Source: a virus
Lineage: Duplodnaviria; Heunggongvirae; Uroviricota; Caudoviricetes
DNA length: 46,548 nucleotides
Virus record (IMG/VR): IMGVR_UViG_2878930440_000003
Direction: 5' to 3' (one strand)
Part shown: positions 8,943-18,034 of the stretch, piece after piece
How the letters are laid out: the number at the start of each line of letters is the position of its first letter
Numbering within the stretch: the stretch's first letter is position 1
Program-made: the position numbers and the translations under genes
The notes under the pieces: generated by a model
Seen by the model: only the letters and a program-made list of their open reading frames with translations
Told to the model about the DNA's origin: nothing
Database searches by the model: none

Positions 8943-9200
8943 CTACACCTTTGGATGGGAGCACATCACAACTTGCGTACTTGGGTCATGTCTTACCTGC
9001 CATTCGCAAGTATTACACCCCAAATCACCAACTTTATTAATTGCATTGGTGTATCTGCCTTTCTCACCATAGGGGCAATCGGTAGCAAAATCCTTTCGTC
9101 CCCAGATGTACTCATCTATCTTGTATGAGATAGCATTTGCTTTCTCCTTTTTCTCGTTAATATTTAAAAACATCATATCGTCAATATTTAAAATAAGCAT
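8943..9200 (-). CDS. Small Cys-containing hypothetical protein
   Basis: CP..C..C..C pattern, downstream of the methylase. Confidence 0.6.
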   Translation of the reverse strand: MLILNIDDMMFLNINEKKEKANAISYKIDEYIWGRKDFATDCPYGEKGRYTNAINKVGDLGCNTCEWQVRHDPSTQVVMCSHPKV

Positions 9201-10237
9201 AGCTGACCATCATCAGCGACCTTAACATTACTCTCAGAAAACCAAAGTTCCTTGAATATTCTCTCCATGCATGCTACGACTATAGAATTTCCAGCAGCCT
9301 TTTGAAGACTTGACTTCGACACTCCACTTTCAAGCATCTTGTCTATATATTCTTCGTCAACGTTCATTAAGCGGAAGAGTTCTCTCGGAGTCAAACGCCT
9401 AATGCGCAACCTTGTCTCTCCAAGCACAACCAAGGAGTCCTTGCTCGCAGATGTAATGGTATTGGCTATATTCTTTCCAAGCTCGACCTTTGGACTATGT
9501 ATTTCGCCTTTTATCCACTTCCCTTCAGAGCGAGTTCTTATAGCTGCACTCATAGGCTCTTTCCATTCATTTGACACAAATTTCTCTTTACATAGCAGAG
9601 CATCGCTCATAAAGTACTTTTCGTCCACATTTTCCTCCAAGACATCTACCAAATGTTTCTTCAGCTTTGTCTTTCTCGGAAAATGATAATCTATCTTATC
9701 ACCATCATTTCGTATAGAGAGCATGAAGACACGCTTTCTGTTCTGAGGAACACCGCAATCTGCAGCATTTATCACCTTTGCGTAGTTGACATATCCATAG
9801 GATTCCAACTCCTTGCGCCACTTGTTAAAGAACCCAATAAACTTTGTTTGAACCAAAGCCTCTACATTCTCCATCAAGAGGTATTTCGGTCTCTTGGTAA
9901 TAATGGCGTTTCTTGTAAACCAAAGGATAGAGGAACGTGTATTGCTTCCCTCCTCTATTCCTTTCTGCTTTCCGGCTTGCGAAACAGACTGACAAGGTGT
10001 TGAATACGTCAGTAAGTCAAAGTCTTTAACCTTACTCCAATCTATCGTTGTCATATCACCGAAATTCTTGCCAGACAGACTAGGAAAGCAAGCATTATGC
10101 AAGGCTATTGCACTTGGCTCTATCTCAGACCATCCGATACACTCGTAATCGAAATCAGAATATTTCTTCTTCAGTCGCTCCAAAGCCATCAGTTGAGAGT
10201 CATATCCGGCACATAGTTCAAATGTCTGTATCTTCAT
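9188..10237 (-). CDS. DNA (cytosine-5)-methyltransferase
   Basis: Motif I FELCAG, catalytic TPCQ, ENV, QNRKRVF, LTPRE, AGNSIV. Confidence 0.95.
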   Translation of the reverse strand: MKIQTFELCAGYDSQLMALERLKKKYSDFDYECIGWSEIEPSAIALHNACFPSLSGKNFGDMTTIDWSKVKDFDLLTYSTPCQSVSQAGKQKGIEEGSNTRSSILWFTRNAIITKRPKYLLMENVEALVQTKFIGFFNKWRKELESYGYVNYAKVINAADCGVPQNRKRVFMLSIRNDGDKIDYHFPRKTKLKKHLVDVLEENVDEKYFMSDALLCKEKFVSNEWKEPMSAAIRTRSEGKWIKGEIHSPKVELGKNIANTITSASKDSLVVLGETRLRIRRLTPRELFRLMNVDEEYIDKMLESGVSKSSLQKAAGNSIVVACMERIFKELWFSESNVKVADDGQLCLF

Positions 10238-10241
10238 TTCT

Positions 10242-10967
10242 CTAAGCTTTTGAATTAACTCTTAACCCTGCCTTAATCTCGGCAGCTATTCTACCTTCGT
10301 TTGCCAATCTGTCGCAAAGCTCATTGTACTCTACTCCTGTATGGCTCTTCACCTTGCGCCAAGTGATGTGTGCTACATGAGCGGAATGCTTTCTAAACTT
10401 CTCCATCAAGTCTAAGTTCTTGTGTGCAGAATAAACACCGCTCAAAGTCTTAAGTGCATATTGGCTATCACTATGAACCTTAACAACCGCACCTTGCGGG
10501 CAATGACCGACACCACAGATGATTGCCAAAAGCTCCATACGGCTTATTGTCGTGTCAATTGTTCCATAGTTACCCTGCTTATACACCTTGCCTTCGTGTA
10601 AAATCACATAAGCAGCACCACCAGTGTACTTTCTTCGCTTGGTATCAGTCCGAAGAACCGCAGAACCATCAGTCCACACTTCATAGCAGTCGTGCATCTT
10701 TTCTTCCTTGGTCTTGAACTTGAAACCATGCTTGCGGTATGTCTGGCTCGGATTCTTCAAGGAATTCCATTTCTTGACCAAATCCTCCCATTTCTTAGGG
10801 ACTTTACCGCTTGGCAGCAACCATCCGACATCATCAAATCGACCATAAAGCCACTTTAGGTTGTCTTTCATAAAACCTGCCATCGAGCAATACATTGCAA
10901 ACTCTTCATAAGTTGGTTTTGCAACGTTTCTGTGCTCATCGCCCTCTTTCTGTTTTCTTTCTCCCAT
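10242..10967 (-). CDS. Ribonuclease HI-like protein with N-terminal extension
   Basis: WTDGSA, RMELLAI, HSDSQY, KVKSHTG, YNELCDRLA RNase H motifs. Confidence 0.9.
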   Translation of the reverse strand: MGERKQKEGDEHRNVAKPTYEEFAMYCSMAGFMKDNLKWLYGRFDDVGWLLPSGKVPKKWEDLVKKWNSLKNPSQTYRKHGFKFKTKEEKMHDCYEVWTDGSAVLRTDTKRRKYTGGAAYVILHEGKVYKQGNYGTIDTTISRMELLAIICGVGHCPQGAVVKVHSDSQYALKTLSGVYSAHKNLDLMEKFRKHSAHVAHITWRKVKSHTGVEYNELCDRLANEGRIAAEIKAGLRVNSKA

Positions 10968-11118
10968 AGCTTCTTTCTTTTCTTAGTTTCTTTAATCAAC
11001 CTCACAACACATACGAGTAGTTTATATACATAAGTGAAATATACTTCGTATATTCCCCTTAACTCTACAAGCTCCCTTACGCACGCAGGTTATTTATAGA
11101 TTCTCTCGTCTACTATTA

Positions 11119-11943
11119 TTACGTTCGATTTTTTACCCACTTCATCTTTCGCTCAATAATTTTTGGGTTTGTTCCACTCTTCGACTTAGATACTTGGCTT
11201 TTTAGGACTTTGTATTTGTTAGCGCATCGCAGTTGACCCTTTCGATATTTTGCCGAAATGATGATAAGATTTCCGAACGCATCATAATAATGCCAATTGT
11301 TAGTACAAGCACATGCGTCTACTCCGACTTCTGTACATTGGACTATTTTTTTTACCGCACCAGACTTAACAAGCTTCTTGATAGTCTTCCCAACTTGGTA
11401 TCTAGTTGAACAGGTATCTTTCATCATGCTGGTGTATGAATAACTTGTGTACTTTTCATTGAATGGTCTTTCCAACATACGAGCTTCCGTTTTTTTGGCA
11501 CTACGTACACTTTTAATCGTATTTCCATTGACGGCTCTACAATGCGTATTGGAGACATTTTCAATGACATTGATTTTATTACTCACAACGACATCACACA
11601 AAAGACTTCTCAACTGAGGCAAGGTAAGTTTAGCTATCTCGCAGCGTCTTGTCTTGTAACTGTATTGGAAACTGTCATGCAACTTGTTCGCTATGATTCT
11701 CTTCACACCGAACTTGTTAGTTTCAATTCTACAATATCCAAATTTAACTGATAAATCCAAATATTGTTTGAAATCTTTCTTGTTGTAGCCCATCACTTTA
11801 GCTGCTTGGTTTGTAGATCTAAAATGAAGGTCTGATGCACGGAATAGAAATTTTATCTTTAAGGCAAAACAAAATCCCACCAAGCGATTCTTATCGCCTA
11901 GTGCAATTTTAGCTTGCTTGATACCAATTCTAATCTGATGCAT
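11119..11943 (-). CDS. Putative DNA-binding/replication protein (basic, winged-helix-like)
   Basis: Lys/Arg-rich 274 aa; STRYQVGKTIKKLVKSG wHTH-like segment; heads the RNase H/methylase operon (function inferred). Confidence 0.5.
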   Translation of the reverse strand: MHQIRIGIKQAKIALGDKNRLVGFCFALKIKFLFRASDLHFRSTNQAAKVMGYNKKDFKQYLDLSVKFGYCRIETNKFGVKRIIANKLHDSFQYSYKTRRCEIAKLTLPQLRSLLCDVVVSNKINVIENVSNTHCRAVNGNTIKSVRSAKKTEARMLERPFNEKYTSYSYTSMMKDTCSTRYQVGKTIKKLVKSGAVKKIVQCTEVGVDACACTNNWHYYDAFGNLIIISAKYRKGQLRCANKYKVLKSQVSKSKSGTNPKIIERKMKWVKNRT

Positions 11944-12054
11944 AATAACTCGTTTCCTTATTTGTTTAACTTATCTGTGTTTCGCCTACTCCAACAATTA
12001 TTGCCCATTGCTAACCTAGAGCAATCTAAGAATGTTTCGACTCAAAACAAGGAT

Positions 12055-12190
12055 TCTAAAAAGAAATCCTTACCCTTCATTCGTCTGACACCGAAATCTA
12101 GGTAAGGATTATCGTGATGTGGCTTTCGCCACGGAAAATCTTATTGATTCTTGTAAGCGTGTCAGCACCAACAAAGCACGCTGCAAAGAT
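12055..12190 (-). promoter_or_regulatory. Promoter with structured, attenuator-like leader
   Basis: TATCTTTG at ~12184-12191; GUGGC-GAAA-GCCAC hairpin; AAUCCUUACC/GGUAAGGAUU stem followed by UCUUUUU. Confidence 0.55.
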
Positions 12191-12347
12191 ACTAATTTAT
12201 TTTCAAACTGCAAGGGTTTTAATGTGTTCTTCTGCTCTTATTGCGCATTTTTAACACACAACACAATTTTAGTTACGTATATAAAACTACAAATACATTA
12301 AACCGCTTGCAAATTTAACATTTAATACTCTAAGGCATTTTCAAGAC

Positions 12348-12383
12348 AAAAAAAAGAGCAACCACCATCACTGGCAGCTGCTC
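12348..12383 (-). terminator. Intrinsic terminator after the spanin-like gene
   Basis: GAGCAGC..CCA/UGG..GUUGCUC stem followed by U8. Confidence 0.7.
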
Positions 12384-12434
12384 CATAAGTTGTTACCTTA
12401 AACCAATCTAAAACCTTAATAACTAAAAACCAAC

Positions 12435-13028
12435 CTAATAAAATAACTTTTTCTTATATTTTACCGTGAGAAAGAAAATCATTGTAACCAGCATCAAGGA
12501 AACGACCCAAAAGGAAATCATACCGAATTTCCAATAGAACAAATCCCATCCCTCCAAGTCTTTCTCAATATATTCCTTTTTGGTCTGGGCGATACTCAAT
12601 TCTCTATTTATGCTATCCCTCTGAGCCTTGTATATACTCGCTCGCTCTGCTATCTCCTTATAATGAATAAGGCTATCACGAACCTTGGATAGTTCCTTGC
12701 TGTCCCTGTATCTAATCTCTATATGAGTAGAATCCTTACATAGAACCTTACCACTCTCATCTACCCTTGTCTTGACATCATCCTTGATGTAAGTGGAATC
12801 CTTAACCTGCTTTTCGGTCTGCTCCCAATGGTAAGATAGCAAGCTATCCCGAATAAGCTTGACCCTTTCGTTGACAATTGAGTCCCAGTGAGCATAAGTA
12901 GTAGTGTCTCGCACCACCTTTTCCACTTCTACATATCTCGTTGTCCGGCATCCGTACATCATCAGCATGATGAAGAAACCTACCAATATGGTAACGAGCC
13001 AACGCCACCAATCAAATCTTAGTTGCAT
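12435..13028 (-). CDS. u-spanin/Rz-like lysis lipoprotein
   Basis: N-terminal signal with lipobox MYGC, coiled middle, C-terminal TM helix; near lysis genes. Confidence 0.65.
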   Translation of the reverse strand: MQLRFDWWRWLVTILVGFFIMLMMYGCRTTRYVEVEKVVRDTTTYAHWDSIVNERVKLIRDSLLSYHWEQTEKQVKDSTYIKDDVKTRVDESGKVLCKDSTHIEIRYRDSKELSKVRDSLIHYKEIAERASIYKAQRDSINRELSIAQTKKEYIEKDLEGWDLFYWKFGMISFWVVSLMLVTMIFFLTVKYKKKLFY

Positions 13029-13231
13029 ATCAACCTCCTTTTTGAGTGCAAAGGTACAAATTATATTATATATGACACAAAAAGAGCCATTTGGGTTATT
13101 TCCAAAACCCGAATAAGTGAAAAACTAGCCATTTTCTGTTAACGAATGTAATCAAGCCTACTATTATAGCCAAAAGACGTTAAAGCAAAGAAAATGATTT
13201 GATTTTTTATTGCATATTTCAAATATTCTTT

Positions 13232-13279
13232 GTATCTTTGTAACAGAATTAGAAAGGTGAGACACACCTTCAGAAACTG
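13232..13279 (+). promoter_or_regulatory. Promoter (-7 TATCTTTG) plus leader motif GGTGAGACACACC..AACTG
   Basis: Motif at 13256-13268. Confidence 0.75.
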
Positions 13280-13326
13280 TATTATTAACAATTAAGCCCT
13301 ATCGCATCACGGCAAGCGAAAAGAAT

Positions 13327-13527
13327 ATGGCAACAACTAATAAAAAAAGAATGCGTGAGTTCTTCGAGTTCGGATTTGAGCAAGTTCAAGCTAAGTCCAT
13401 CATTTAGGAGTGTAACTTCATTGCAGATGCTAAGGAGTTCGCAAAATGTGGCAAGTTCGAGCGCTTCGCAGACTACACAAGAGAGCGTTTCGAGAACGAG
13501 TTTCAATGTGCCCTTTTGTTCGCATAA
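13327..13527 (+). pseudogene. Small gene with in-frame TAG (MATTNKKRMREFFEFGFEQVQAKSII*ECNFIADAKEF...CALLFA)
   Basis: TAG at 13405-13407; frame stays open to TAA 13525-13527; first ORF after the promoter. Confidence 0.55.
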
Positions 13528-13548
13528 TAACCATTTAAACTTACGGAT

Positions 13549-13866
13549 ATGAAAGAATTAAGCTTGACAACAGATTTGATGTTTAATCGCATTCTCGCTA
13601 AAAACAATTTTAAGTATGAGGATGAAGAAACAGCCAAAGAAGAAATAACTAAAATGCTATCTGATACAGACCTCACTGTAGTTGAGAGTAGATGCAAGGC
13701 TATAGAGATGGTCAATCCAGACAAGAGCCTAGAAGTACAAAAGTCTATTATAGCAGAAGGTTATCTATTCTTAAAAAACGAATATGCAATCTCTATGCAA
13801 CTTATCCAATATAACGCCTATGGTACGATGAAGTTCGCATACGTTGTAAAAAGCATAACTATTTAG
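13549..13866 (+). CDS. Hypothetical protein
   Basis: 105 aa ORF in plus-strand island. Confidence 0.7.
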   Translation: MKELSLTTDLMFNRILAKNNFKYEDEETAKEEITKMLSDTDLTVVESRCKAIEMVNPDKSLEVQKSIIAEGYLFLKNEYAISMQLIQYNAYGTMKFAYVVKSITI

Positions 13867-13905
13867 ATTTACGGACATGAAAGAGATTCAAAAACTATTA
13901 ATAAA

Positions 13906-14121
13906 ATGAGCAAAGAATATTATATCGGAGATAGTGATTTTTGGGGCAATAATAGCCCAAACGATAAGTTTAACAAAGAGCTTGTTCCGCTTTTAAAAAA
14001 GTTAGGAGTTAAGTCGGAAACTGACTTAGACAAGATAGCAAACATAGTAAAAGATATTAGTTCTATGAGCTACGAAAACGGATATGATAATTGTGAAAAA
14101 GAAAATCAAGAATATTCATAA
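13906..14121 (+). CDS. Hypothetical protein
   Basis: 71 aa ORF. Confidence 0.65.
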   Translation: MSKEYYIGDSDFWGNNSPNDKFNKELVPLLKKLGVKSETDLDKIANIVKDISSMSYENGYDNCEKENQEYS

Positions 14122-14124
14122 GTT

Positions 14125-14511
14125 ATGGAGCATAAAAACATTCTATCCTACATAGCCAAGGATATACAGAAGACTTGTGAGAGACTTGGTATTTACGCTC
14201 AGTTCACACCAAAGGACGAAAAGCACATCGTAAGTTCCGATTTCAAGATGGAGCCTGCAATCTTCAAGAGCATTCATGTTGAGGCTGACCTCCACATTCA
14301 CCCATCAGAAGTATCTGGAGAAGATGATGTGCTTGACATAGACGTTAGCTTGCATTATCGCTACTACCATTGGGAAGGTGGCGAGAATGGTTGCAACATC
14401 GGTTGGATGAAATACCAAATACAACAAGCCCACTTCAATAAGGACAAAGTGTATATTGATAATTTCGAGAGTCTTTGTACCATCAAGAGATGGCGAGGTA
14501 TTGAACTTTAA
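14125..14511 (+). CDS. Hypothetical protein
   Basis: 128 aa ORF. Confidence 0.7.
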   Translation: MEHKNILSYIAKDIQKTCERLGIYAQFTPKDEKHIVSSDFKMEPAIFKSIHVEADLHIHPSEVSGEDDVLDIDVSLHYRYYHWEGGENGCNIGWMKYQIQQAHFNKDKVYIDNFESLCTIKRWRGIEL

Positions 14512-14522
14512 AATAAAACTAT

Positions 14523-14840
14523 ATGAGTAAGACAAAAAACAATATTCCGTATGAGAGGCAGATGCTTCCCATTCTTCGCAACTACGACAAGCTGGTAGAA
14601 GAAAACAAAGCAATGAAAGCTATTATAGCGAACATAAGCAAAGTTTGTAAGCCCGAAGATACTGTCCTCCAATTCAAGAAACTAGATGGACAAATCAAAG
14701 ACTTAACGAACAGACTTAATGTATGCAAGAAAAAATTGGGAGAAATAGACAATTTGGTTAGGGATAAATTAGAACGAGAGCACTTTTTCGTTTCCAATAG
14801 AAGTACCACCCTAGCAAACGTAAGGCTCTTAACAAAATAG
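14523..14840 (+). CDS. Coiled-coil hypothetical protein
   Basis: 105 aa, heptad-rich. Confidence 0.7.
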   Translation: MSKTKNNIPYERQMLPILRNYDKLVEENKAMKAIIANISKVCKPEDTVLQFKKLDGQIKDLTNRLNVCKKKLGEIDNLVRDKLEREHFFVSNRSTTLANVRLLTK

Positions 14841-14842
14841 AT

Positions 14843-15019
14843 ATGGATAACAAGAAAAGTAACAGAGGAGGTGCAAGGGCTGGAAGCGGACGAAAGAAAG
14901 GGAACAACGTGAACCTTTGCATAAGGATGCCAAAGGAAACCGTGGACTATATAAAGCAGAAGTCCAAGGAGGAAAATGTTCCTATAGGCTCTTGGATAAC
15001 CACCAAGCTAGGACTTTAA
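14843..15019 (+). CDS. Small DNA-binding protein (GGARxGSGRK plus ribbon-helix-helix-like; 58 aa; not in track)
   Basis: Manual translation MDNKKSNRGGARAGSGRKKGNNVNLCIRMPKETVDYIKQK... Confidence 0.65.
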   Translation: MDNKKSNRGGARAGSGRKKGNNVNLCIRMPKETVDYIKQKSKEENVPIGSWITTKLGL

Positions 15020-15065
15020 CGAAGATAGCCCCACCGACTAGAACGATGGAGCTATTTTTGTGTTA

Positions 15066-15632
15066 TTAGCTGTTTATTACACGTCCATCATTGCAGACGA
15101 GCTTTCCGTACTTGATGTTCCCGACACGTCTGAGCCAACCCTTCAGATTTACCTCTTGCTTAGGGTCGTTCTTCACGATGTCGTTAAGGTAGGTAATCCT
15201 AGCGACCTTCAGACTGTCGAACAAGACCCACTGTCCTTGTTTAAAGTTATTGATAGCCGCCAAGGTGTTCTTGCCCATGATTCCGTCCACCTTTGTTCCT
15301 ACAACTTTCTGTATCTTCTGGATAGCCTTTGAACAGCCGCTATTGTAGGCGAAGTCCACTAGGAGGTTCGCCACCGATTGGTTGTTTAGCTTGTCAGCCA
15401 TGCAAACATCCCAGTAGTTCCTCTTGAACAGCCGATCATAATCTGCCTTGGTAAGCAACTTCACATCCTCGGCATTGATTACCCCATCACCATTCTTGTC
15501 ATATCCAACCTTCTTCCAAGTAGCGAGCGTGATTCCGTATTTTGTCGCTCCACCCCTATCACTCTTCTTGTTTGTATACTTAGATGATTCCCAACTAAGT
15601 ACGAACTCGCTTAAAATGTCCGATTTAGCCAT
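15066..15632 (-). CDS. Endolysin, glycoside hydrolase family 108 with peptidoglycan-binding tail
   Basis: E..(WESSKY)..DRGGATKYGIT, YW, DFAYNSG, KVDGIMG, KGWLRRV. Confidence 0.9.
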   Translation of the reverse strand: MAKSDILSEFVLSWESSKYTNKKSDRGGATKYGITLATWKKVGYDKNGDGVINAEDVKLLTKADYDRLFKRNYWDVCMADKLNNQSVANLLVDFAYNSGCSKAIQKIQKVVGTKVDGIMGKNTLAAINNFKQGQWVLFDSLKVARITYLNDIVKNDPKQEVNLKGWLRRVGNIKYGKLVCNDGRVINS

Positions 15633-15909
15633 TGTCTTTTTCCTCCAACTTTAAGTTATTGTGTTCGCCACGTTCCCCTATCGTCTTGGTAATGCCAGCC
15701 GTGACGAACAAACTAGCCACACTACCAACAAATGCACTTAACCCCATCAAATCGGTCTTGATAGTCCCATAAGTTACCACTTCCCACACTAAGATAAAGC
15801 AGACAACCAGGAGCATCAAGAGACCTATCAGAGTAACGGACACTAAGAAGAATGCCTTGCTTGAATGTCCGCTATTAACTTGTATGAGTAATTTCAGATA
15901 CTTAACCAT
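15625..15909 (-). CDS. Putative holin (2 TM)
   Basis: Two hydrophobic helices, charged C-terminus, overlaps the endolysin start. Confidence 0.65.
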   Translation of the reverse strand: MVKYLKLLIQVNSGHSSKAFFLVSVTLIGLLMLLVVCFILVWEVVTYGTIKTDLMGLSAFVGSVASLFVTAGITKTIGERGEHNNLKLEEKDNG

Positions 15910-15912
15910 ATT

Positions 15913-16341
15913 TTAATCCTCCCTGTCACGATATATCTCATTTTCTTCCTTTTCAACCAACGTTTCTAAGGATTCTCGCTTTCTTGGTGGGGTTCTAAGT
16001 TGGCATCCATCCTTGATGCATCTGTTCCATTGTGCCTCATGCAAGGCAAGCTTCAAATCGTTCTTCTCATCCCTTAGATTGCGTATGGTAATACGATACT
16101 GATTGATTTCCTCATACAATTCATCTACTTTACTATTAAGATTAACGACCGACTCGTTGGAACGTTCATAGAGAGCCTTCCACTCATCGGCATATGATGA
16201 AATAGTCTTATTCTCTTCCTGTGATGCGAGTGCCGCCTCCTTTCGTTTTCTACTATTATAGTACAGCAACGTGGAGATAACTCCCGATGCGCAAAGAAGA
16301 TTAATTCCCGTCTGTATTAATTGAATAGTTTCCGCTGTCAT
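15913..16341 (-). CDS. Holin-like/lysis-associated protein (N-terminal TM plus coiled coil)
   Basis: Hydrophobic N-terminus, heptads, first gene of the lysis cassette. Confidence 0.55.
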   Translation of the reverse strand: MTAETIQLIQTGINLLCASGVISTLLYYNSRKRKEAALASQEENKTISSYADEWKALYERSNESVVNLNSKVDELYEEINQYRITIRNLRDEKNDLKLALHEAQWNRCIKDGCQLRTPPRKRESLETLVEKEENEIYRDRED

Positions 16342-16501
16342 TTCCTTATGTTTTTTGTTGCAAAGATAGCTATTTATATATAATAATGTGAAAATAGCCG
16401 AGTCAGAAAACTACACAATTAATTTTTGTGCAAATAATTAAATATTTCCTTAAACAAAGTTATAACACATTAAATTATTTGCTCTATCAATAAAATCTCA
16501 T

Positions 16502-16541
16502 TACCTTTGCAAATACAGGTGAGTCACACCATAAAAAACTG
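16502..16541 (+). promoter_or_regulatory. Promoter (TACCTTTG) plus leader motif variant GGTGAGTCACACC..AACTG
   Basis: Motif at 16518-16530. Confidence 0.75.
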
Positions 16542-16548
16542 AATAAAA

Positions 16549-17190
16549 ATGAAGATAATAGAACAAGATACAATAGACATCATTAAGGCGCACATAAATG
16601 AACGACCAAGATACAAGTTGGCACAAAGAATGGGTGTCAGCGTGAAATTCTTGTATAAGATTCTACATGATTGCAATTGTAAAATCGAACATAAAAGACC
16701 TGTTCCGAAACCCAACAAGAAGCGTGATGAACAAATTGCAAAGCTTTACACCAACCATTCAGTCAAAGAGATTGCCGAGATTGTAGGGTGTCATCCGTCT
16801 ACAGTAGGAAAGGCGGTAAAAAGACTAAAGCTTACTCATTCGAATGAAACTATCGAAAGACTTAAAAAGAATAGTTTGGCAAATTTAAAGAAAGCGTATG
16901 AGAAAGCAACAATAAGTAAAAGGGTAAAAAGCTGGCAAAGAACCATGCAGATGGAGAAATTCAGAGTTATATCCTGCATTCCGCAACAGACAAGATTCAA
17001 ATTTGCGGATATGCCTATAAAAGCATATCATGCAAAGTACAATCTCATAACAAAGCATGGATATTTCGCTTTCGAAGGTGAGCCATACACCATAGGTTAT
17101 GACCGGAATACTCATAGGATGGATGAAGAATACTATAAGAACAAATATGGATTTTCTTTTGAGGAGGATGAAGAATGCCAAGAAGATTAA
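16549..17190 (+). CDS. Multi-HTH DNA-binding protein (paralogue 1)
   Basis: Two HTH-like units (RYKLAQRMGVS, VKEIAEIVGCHPSTV); C-terminal GEPY..YD..EEYY..KYGFSF. Confidence 0.75.
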   Translation: MKIIEQDTIDIIKAHINERPRYKLAQRMGVSVKFLYKILHDCNCKIEHKRPVPKPNKKRDEQIAKLYTNHSVKEIAEIVGCHPSTVGKAVKRLKLTHSNETIERLKKNSLANLKKAYEKATISKRVKSWQRTMQMEKFRVISCIPQQTRFKFADMPIKAYHAKYNLITKHGYFAFEGEPYTIGYDRNTHRMDEEYYKNKYGFSFEEDEECQED

Positions 17191-17792
17191 CAAAAGAACA
17201 GATAGACTATATTAAAGTCCACATCAATGACTACCCACGAAAGGAAGTAGCCAAGGCTGCTGGTGTTACACTACACACCTTATATAAATATATCACTATT
17301 TTAGGTGGCACAAAAATAGACAACAAGTTGAGTAAAGAAACCATCAGCCAAATTTCCGTCATGTACCAAACGATGACAGCAAGGGAAATTTCCGAAGTGT
17401 TGAATATTCCTCAATCTACAATATTAGGACAAGTCAGTAAGCTTGGTTTAAAACACAATGTAGAAACGATAAATAGAATTCGTAAAGAGCGAAACAAGTC
17501 TCTAAGAAACTATTGGAATAAAGAAAGATATGCAAGTAAAGGAAGAAAACTTCACATGCAATACAAAATGGATGAACTTAGAGTTATGTCGGGCAAGCCG
17601 CAAGAGACAAAGTTGAGGATAAGAAAGCTCTCCTCAAAGGCTTTGAATGCTAAGATGTATTTGCGAAAGTCTTATAACTATTTCTACTCTAAGGGTGAGC
17701 CGTTCATTCTCTGCTATGACTCCGAGACAAAAAGACACCCTAAAGAGGAATACTATACTGAAAAGTTTGGTTTCAAGTTCGTGTGTGCTTAA
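17175..17792 (+). CDS. Multi-HTH DNA-binding protein (paralogue 2)
   Basis: RKEVAKAAGVT, AREISEVLNIPQST; C-terminal GEPF..YD..EEYY..KFGFKF. Confidence 0.75.
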   Translation: MPRRLTKEQIDYIKVHINDYPRKEVAKAAGVTLHTLYKYITILGGTKIDNKLSKETISQISVMYQTMTAREISEVLNIPQSTILGQVSKLGLKHNVETINRIRKERNKSLRNYWNKERYASKGRKLHMQYKMDELRVMSGKPQETKLRIRKLSSKALNAKMYLRKSYNYFYSKGEPFILCYDSETKRHPKEEYYTEKFGFKFVCA

Positions 17793-17796
17793 TTTC

Positions 17797-17849
17797 TGTT
17801 TGCTGTTCCGTTTGCATTTTTCGTTTTCTGCAAACGGAATTTGCAAACA
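17797..17849. repeat. Inverted repeat TTCCGTTTGCA/TGCAAACGGAA (terminator or cruciform)
   Basis: Arms at 17806-17816 and 17829-17839, extended by TGTTTGC/GCAAACA. Confidence 0.7.
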
Positions 17850-17967
17850 AGCCTTTGATTTCCATGCATCCGGAAGTATGATATTACCTCCTATCACCTT
17901 AACTGCTTGATTATTAGCGATTAAAAGAAAGTTTGATAGAGTTATTTAATCTTATCCTTATTATTCG

Positions 17968-17990
17968 TAACTTTGCAGCCGTAACGTTAC
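17968..17990 (+). promoter_or_regulatory. Promoter -7 element TAACTTTG plus perfect palindrome GTAACGTTAC (operator candidate)
   Basis: 17968-17975 and 17981-17990, upstream of the six-gene operon. Confidence 0.6.
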
Positions 17991-18034
17991 ATAGAGTTAG
18001 TTTAATTAAGGTTTAACACAAAAAGATTATTCTT

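Noticed and set aside
13285-13724. Minus-strand ORFs 13285..13506 and 13503..13724 and plus ORF 13355..13552 from the track
   Set aside because: Shadows of the plus-strand island; the promoter points to the interrupted ORF 13327..13527 and to 13549..13866
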